Assembly: GCA_965205945.1 (NCBI GenBank)
Contig: CBDBIB010000002.1
Location: 160,001 to 224,000, forward strand
Length of the DNA: 64,000 nucleotides
Direction: 5' to 3'
Source of the DNA: Bdellovibrionales bacterium
GTDB lineage: Bacteria > Bdellovibrionota > Bdellovibrionia > Bdellovibrionales > UBA1609
Position 1 is the first letter of the stretch. Each line of letters begins with the position of its first letter. The position numbers and the translations under genes were made by a program. Below, one piece after another: positions 59,208 to 64,000 of the stretch. The notes beneath the pieces are model-generated. The model was not told the origin of the DNA, did no database searches, and saw only the letters and a list, made by a program, of their open reading frames with translations.

Positions 59208-60440
59208 TCAAGAATAAGAGTGAAGTTTTATTTTCTCTTTAATATGATTGATAATTTTATTAGTTGCTCCTGTAGACTTTAATAATCTAGCTTGAATTAA
59301 GATTTTTAAGTTAGAAAGTCCTTCTTGATCAAGAAGGAGTAAATTTGAGAGCTTCTTTGAAAAATCTATTTTATTCTTACAAACTTTTACAAAGGAATGT
59401 TTTTTTGAATAGTATTTAGCTTCAGTATTATTATTAATGTAAGGGCCTACTAACACAGGTAAACCGTGTGAAAGAGGCTCTATAACAGAGTGAACTTTCT
59501 TTTTAAAGGCACCTCCTACAAAAGCTAAGTCGCTTTGAGCATAAAGATTAAATAAAAGGCCTGTGGAGTCTACAATTATAACTTTATTTTCTAAGTCAGG
59601 ATCAAGTGAATAAAGGCTAGGGGAGAAAGATTTAAAGATATTTTGAAGTTCTTTGATATTTTTTTTTGTAGGATCATGAGGAACTGCAATAACTTTATTT
59701 AGAGTTTTTTTATTTAAGGCTTTTATAACACCGTGTGAAATTTGTTTTAGATCTTTGTTCAAAACAGAGCCTAGTATTAGAGTGCGACCTTCTTTTTTAG
59801 GTTTAAAGTTAAGATTTTTTACTCTATTTACAATCTCATCAATTCTAGGGTCGCCGTCAACAGATAGGTTATAGTTATGATTGAATTTTTTAATAAATAG
59901 CTCCTTATCATTTTCTGAAACAAAGCTTATGTGATCAATTTTTTTATAAGTTAAAGAGAATAAAAGTTTTTCTCCAAAACAGCTTTTAGAGTTTTCCATT
60001 TTGGCAAACACAATGGAGGGGATATTTTTAGCTTTTATTTGGTAAATAAGCTCAGGCCAAAGATCAGTCCTTGAGAAAAGAATTATTTTAGGATTTATTC
60101 TTTTTATAAGACTAGCAATAGGAGCTTTTAAATCAACGGGCATGGGAATATATCCATCAATAAGATTAAAATTTTTAAGAGTATTAAAATATGAAGGAGA
60201 TGAATAAGAAACAATAATTTTTTCTAAAGGATATTGTTTTTTTAAAGATCTTATTAAAAATTTAGCATGTTCAAATTCACCAGAAGAGGTATGGATCCAA
60301 ATAGTTTGGATATTAGTATTTTTTACTAAGTTTGTTTTTCTATTAAACAGGTAATGCCTTGTTTTTTTTGAAAATAATATTCCAAAAAGCATAAAAAAAG
60401 GAAAAATTAGTAAACAGATCAAGCGATAGATTAAAATCAT
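59208..60440 (-). CDS. waaA: Kdo transferase
   Basis: IWIHTSSGE, DLWPEL, VPH, AFVGG, HSVIEP motifs. Confidence 0.88.
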   Translation of the reverse strand: MILIYRLICLLIFPFFMLFGILFSKKTRHYLFNRKTNLVKNTNIQTIWIHTSSGEFEHAKFLIRSLKKQYPLEKIIVSYSSPSYFNTLKNFNLIDGYIPMPVDLKAPIASLIKRINPKIILFSRTDLWPELIYQIKAKNIPSIVFAKMENSKSCFGEKLLFSLTYKKIDHISFVSENDKELFIKKFNHNYNLSVDGDPRIDEIVNRVKNLNFKPKKEGRTLILGSVLNKDLKQISHGVIKALNKKTLNKVIAVPHDPTKKNIKELQNIFKSFSPSLYSLDPDLENKVIIVDSTGLLFNLYAQSDLAFVGGAFKKKVHSVIEPLSHGLPVLVGPYINNNTEAKYYSKKHSFVKVCKNKIDFSKKLSNLLLLDQEGLSNLKILIQARLLKSTGATNKIINHIKEKIKLHSYS

Positions 60441-61444
60441 GGGCGTAAACTTTCTAGTATTTTTTTGCTTTTTTCTAAAACTTCTTCAGGAGTTATAGAA
60501 ACTAGGCATTTTTTAAAAGTTGAGTTTTTACATTTACCACGCCCATCCTTACTACAGGGCTGACAACTTAGATTTTTATAAATTATAGTAGAGCTTTGTC
60601 TTAAAGGTCTTCCAAAGGCTGAAGGCCCCATTAAAGCAATAGTTTTTATTCCAAAATAATCAGCTATATGAAGAACACCTGTATCGCCAGAAATAAGAAG
60701 AGGTGAGTTTTTAATAGTTTGTATAGTTTCATTCCAAGAAGCTTTTCCTGAAAAGTTATTAAAATTGCTCACTTTTATAGAAATATCTTTTATAAAATGA
60801 TCATTAGGACCTCCAATAAATTTTATGGTATGACCTTTAGATATAAGCTTTTTTCCTAAATCAACCCAGTAGTCTTTAGGCCATTTTTTCAAACACCATG
60901 CAGCTGAAGGTGCAAGAAGGATAGGGCCTTTGGTTTTAAAAGAGGTTCTTTTATTTATACTAAGCTTTAAAGGATCTAAAAACGAAGAAGCACCATTAAA
61001 TGGTTTTGGAAATGTATTGATTTTCAAATTAAAAAGTAAGAAACGTTTAAATCTAAATTTTGACCTAGTTTTAAAGTGAAAAAAAACTAAGGGGTTTAAA
61101 ATAAGAAGAAAAAATTTTAAAAGAAGGCTTCTTTGATTGTTGTGAGCATCGTAAATTAAAGAGTAGTTTTTCTTAGATATTTTTTTTGCAAGTGACCAGA
61201 GAGAAGAATCAGATTTTGTATAAGATAAAACTTGGCTGTAAGGAAATAAAGAGTTTGAAAAGGCTTTGACAAAGTCTTTTTTTGTTAAAAGATCTACCTT
61301 AAATCCTTTCTTAACCAATGAATCTGCAGCAAATGTGGATTGTACAATATCTCCAAAAGAAGAAAATCTAATAATAAGGGCAGATTTAGAGTAATGTAAC
61401 ATAATACTTCCTGTTGCTGTTTTCAACTTTATTTGCATTTTCAC
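60437..61444 (-). CDS. GT9 LPS heptosyltransferase
   Basis: IIRFSSFGD, KKWP, GDTGVLHIA, CQPCS motifs; true start probably slightly downstream. Confidence 0.88.
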   Translation of the reverse strand: MKMQIKLKTATGSIMLHYSKSALIIRFSSFGDIVQSTFAADSLVKKGFKVDLLTKKDFVKAFSNSLFPYSQVLSYTKSDSSLWSLAKKISKKNYSLIYDAHNNQRSLLLKFFLLILNPLVFFHFKTRSKFRFKRFLLFNLKINTFPKPFNGASSFLDPLKLSINKRTSFKTKGPILLAPSAAWCLKKWPKDYWVDLGKKLISKGHTIKFIGGPNDHFIKDISIKVSNFNNFSGKASWNETIQTIKNSPLLISGDTGVLHIADYFGIKTIALMGPSAFGRPLRQSSTIIYKNLSCQPCSKDGRGKCKNSTFKKCLVSITPEEVLEKSKKILESLRP

Positions 61445-61546
61445 TTTTTTAAATTAAAAAATCAAAGAGTTCTTTAAAAAATAAATTTAGCATTAGTTGA
61501 AAACATAGATTTTTCATGGTTTTGATAAACCTTAGCAATAGGGGAG

Positions 61547-62510
61547 TTGAATATGTCCTTAGAAATTCAAGGCGAAATTAGAAAAGTTCCTGAATTAAAT
61601 CTTTACGACTATTTAGAGGATGATATTGCAAAAAAACAAAAGTTTATTGATGTTCTTTTTTATGGACTTAAAGAATATGGATTTATTGTTTTAACGGGGC
61701 ACCATATTTCAGAAGGTCTTTTAAACAAGGCCTACTCTCTTTTAGAATCTTTATTTAACTTACCTGAAGATGTGAAAAGAAAAAACTCTATGCCTGAAAA
61801 AGGTTTTCAAAGAGGTTATACCCCATTTGGAACTGAACATGCAAAAAACTCTAAAGTGGCTGATTTAAAAGAATTTTGGCATATAGGTAGGGAAGGTTAT
61901 GAGGGGCTTGATAATTATTGGCTTGAAAATGTAGCTGCGGAATCTTTAAAAAATTTTAAAACTGAATTTATTAAATTATTCAACATGTTAGATAAAATAG
62001 GTAATATTTTACTAGAGGCTTTAACAGTCCCATTAAAGCTTCCTAAAGACTATTTTATGAAGAGAGTGTCTAAAGGAAATTCAATTCTAAGGCTCCTACA
62101 TTATCCACCAGTACAAGAAGGGACTCAATCTAGTGCTGTAAGAGCAGCGCCTCATGAGGACATTAACCTTATTACAATTTTAGTTGCTGCTACTAAATCT
62201 GGACTTCAATTAAAAGATAGAGATGGAAAGTGGCTTAACGTAAACCCTCCTAAGAACTCATTGATTATTGATTCTGGTGATATGCTTTCTAGAATAACTA
62301 ATGAGGTCATCCCTTCAACTACTCATCAGGTAATTAATTCTAATAACTCTAATGAGAGTAGGTATTCAATGCCTTTTTTCATTCATCCAAATTCTGATAC
62401 TATATTAGAATGCATTCCATCATGTGTGGGAGAAGGGGAGAAATATCCTAGATATCTTAGCTGATAAGTTTCTTAAACAAAGACTTAGAGAAATTGGTTT
62501 AGATGTGTAA
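61547..62510 (+). CDS. 2OG-Fe(II) oxygenase (IPNS/DIOX family); last helix shifted by a 1-bp insertion near 62450
   Basis: LRLLHYP, HEDIN, H, RYSMPFF; ORF stops at 62464 but +1 frame gives DILADKFLKQRLREIGLDV* to 62510. Confidence 0.88.
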
Positions 62511-62806
62511 AGCTTATGAATTTGAATTTAAGCAATAACTAAAGTAATTTAAAATAGAGTTGTTGCACGTAAAGCCACTGGTTCTTTGTGATTTAAATTT
62601 TAAAGAGCAGAGGGAGGGGCTTATTCCTCATTTTAGTGATTCTAAATTTCTTTTTCTTTTAAGAGTTTAAACGCTGAAACTAAAAAGAAAGCTTAAAGCA
62701 AAAGGTATAGAAGAAGAGTTGAGGCTTTAGGCTGTATGAGAGGTTTAAGTACATTGTTAAGTAGTTACACAATTTAATTTACAGACTCAATTCATCCACT
62801 AAACGC

Positions 62807-63001
62807 CTAATTTTTCATCATTACCTTGAGTTTTTCACACTTTTTTTTCTTACCGCAGAACTGGCAGTCTTCGCCTTTACCCATTATTTTACTCAAGCCA
62901 CCGCAAGAACCTTTTAAAGGAGCTCTGCCCATGAGCACGCCTATAGCCATAGCTATTAAAAAAAAGGAAGTAATTACCGTTGTAATGAGAAAGTAAAACA
63001 T
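62807..63001 (-). CDS. NqrM/DUF539-family small membrane protein
   Basis: MAIGV.MGR..LKGSCGGL...C..C pattern. Confidence 0.82.
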   Translation of the reverse strand: MFYFLITTVITSFFLIAMAIGVLMGRAPLKGSCGGLSKIMGKGEDCQFCGKKKKCEKLKVMMKN

Positions 63002-63192
63002 AAATATGTCATCTACTCATGACTATGATTCGTCAAGAGTTTAGCTCTGTATTATAGGAATATTAGCAAAATCCTTATAATTTAAAGAGTGAAATCAATT
63101 AGATTTATTGCACATATAATAACATTGCTTGATAAGTTCTTCTTGTTTATCTTGTGCATAAATTGGATTGGTTTTTACTGCAGGAGGAGATA

Positions 63193-63999
63193 ATGTCATT
63201 TGAATTAATTGAAAAACATGGTGAACATGAGGAAGTGATTTTTTGTCACAATAAGAGTGTGGGGTTAAAGGCAATCATTGCTATTCATAACACAGCTTTA
63301 GGTCCAGCTCTTGGTGGAACAAGAATGTGGAATTATAGAACTGAAGAAGAGGCCTTAGTAGATGTGTTAAGGCTTTCAAAAGGAATGACCTATAAAGCAT
63401 CTGCTGCAGGTTTAAACCTTGGTGGTGGCAAGGCTGTTATTATTGCTAATCCTAAAACAGATAAATCAGAGGGATTATTTAGAGCTTTTGGTACATTTGT
63501 AAATTCTCTTGGTGGAAAGTATATTACAGCTGAAGATGTGGGAACTACTGTTAAAGACATGGAGCATATTTTTGCCGAAACTCCATTTGTAACAGGTATA
63601 CCTGAGGCACTTGGTGGGTCAGGAGATCCTAGCCCGTATACAGCATATAGTGTTTTAATGAGTATTAAAGCGTCTGTTAAAAAAAAGCTTGGCAAAGACT
63701 CGCTAAAAGGTGTTCACATTGCGGTTCAAGGTTTAGGAAATGTTGGCAAGAATTTAGTGAAGTACTTATATGATGAGGGAGCTGAATTAACAGTTGCAGA
63801 TATTGATGATGAAAAAGTAGAGTATATTTGTAAGGCCTATGGTGCAGAAAATATAGATCCTACAGGAATTATTACAAGTAAGTGTGATGTCTTTGCTCCG
63901 TGTGCTTTAGGTTCTGTTATAAATGATGGTACAATTTCTAAGCTTCAAGCTAGAATTATTGCAGGAGGTGCAAATAATATACTTGCAGAATCTAGACAT
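63193..63999 (+). CDS. ldh: Leucine dehydrogenase (Glu/Leu/Phe/Val family), truncated by window end
   Basis: SD GGAGG; MSFELIEKHGEHEEV, LGPALGGTRM, GMTYK, LGGGK, TAEDVG, QGLGNVG, GGANN. Confidence 0.92.
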   Translation, partial: MSFELIEKHGEHEEVIFCHNKSVGLKAIIAIHNTALGPALGGTRMWNYRTEEEALVDVLRLSKGMTYKASAAGLNLGGGKAVIIANPKTDKSEGLFRAFGTFVNSLGGKYITAEDVGTTVKDMEHIFAETPFVTGIPEALGGSGDPSPYTAYSVLMSIKASVKKKLGKDSLKGVHIAVQGLGNVGKNLVKYLYDEGAELTVADIDDEKVEYICKAYGAENIDPTGIITSKCDVFAPCALGSVINDGTISKLQARIIAGGANNILAESRH

Positions 64000-64000
64000 G

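Overview
AT-rich bacterial chromosome segment, most likely from a Bdellovibrionota member (inferred from gene content, synteny and a fibre-adhesin N-terminal domain). The backbone carries a split type II secretion cluster (gspHIJK on -, gspCDEFG on +), maf, lgt, scoAB/thiolase, a Lys-rich histone-H1-like protein, miaB-guaBA-dnaE-lipB, tRNA-Val(GAC), trpS, sucAB-lpdA, LPS core transferases and a partial leucine dehydrogenase. Two accessory regions stand out. (1) 15.1-24.0 kb: a ~2300-aa fibre-like adhesin with 3.4 near-identical ~963-bp stalk repeats and a tip of 75-bp DUF285/BspA repeats varying only at specific codons. It is preceded by two inverted 43-bp repeats containing XerC/D dif-like 28-mers with identical spacers and by an orphan degenerate copy of the tip repeat, and is bracketed by inverted IS982 relics. 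This is the best candidate for an undescribed system (Xer-linked variation of a surface adhesin locus), but it is inference. (2) 39.3-48.4 kb: a decayed tRNA-Val island with a phage replication module containing iteron-like repeats, a small-protein/aspartyl-protease pair, HigBA, an S8 protease and IS3/IS982/IS5/IS256 relics. Two genes missing from the ORF track were found (27812-28345 with an apparent ATC start; a 45-aa Cys-rich lipoprotein at 58740-58877). Family assignments are from motif recognition, not database searches.
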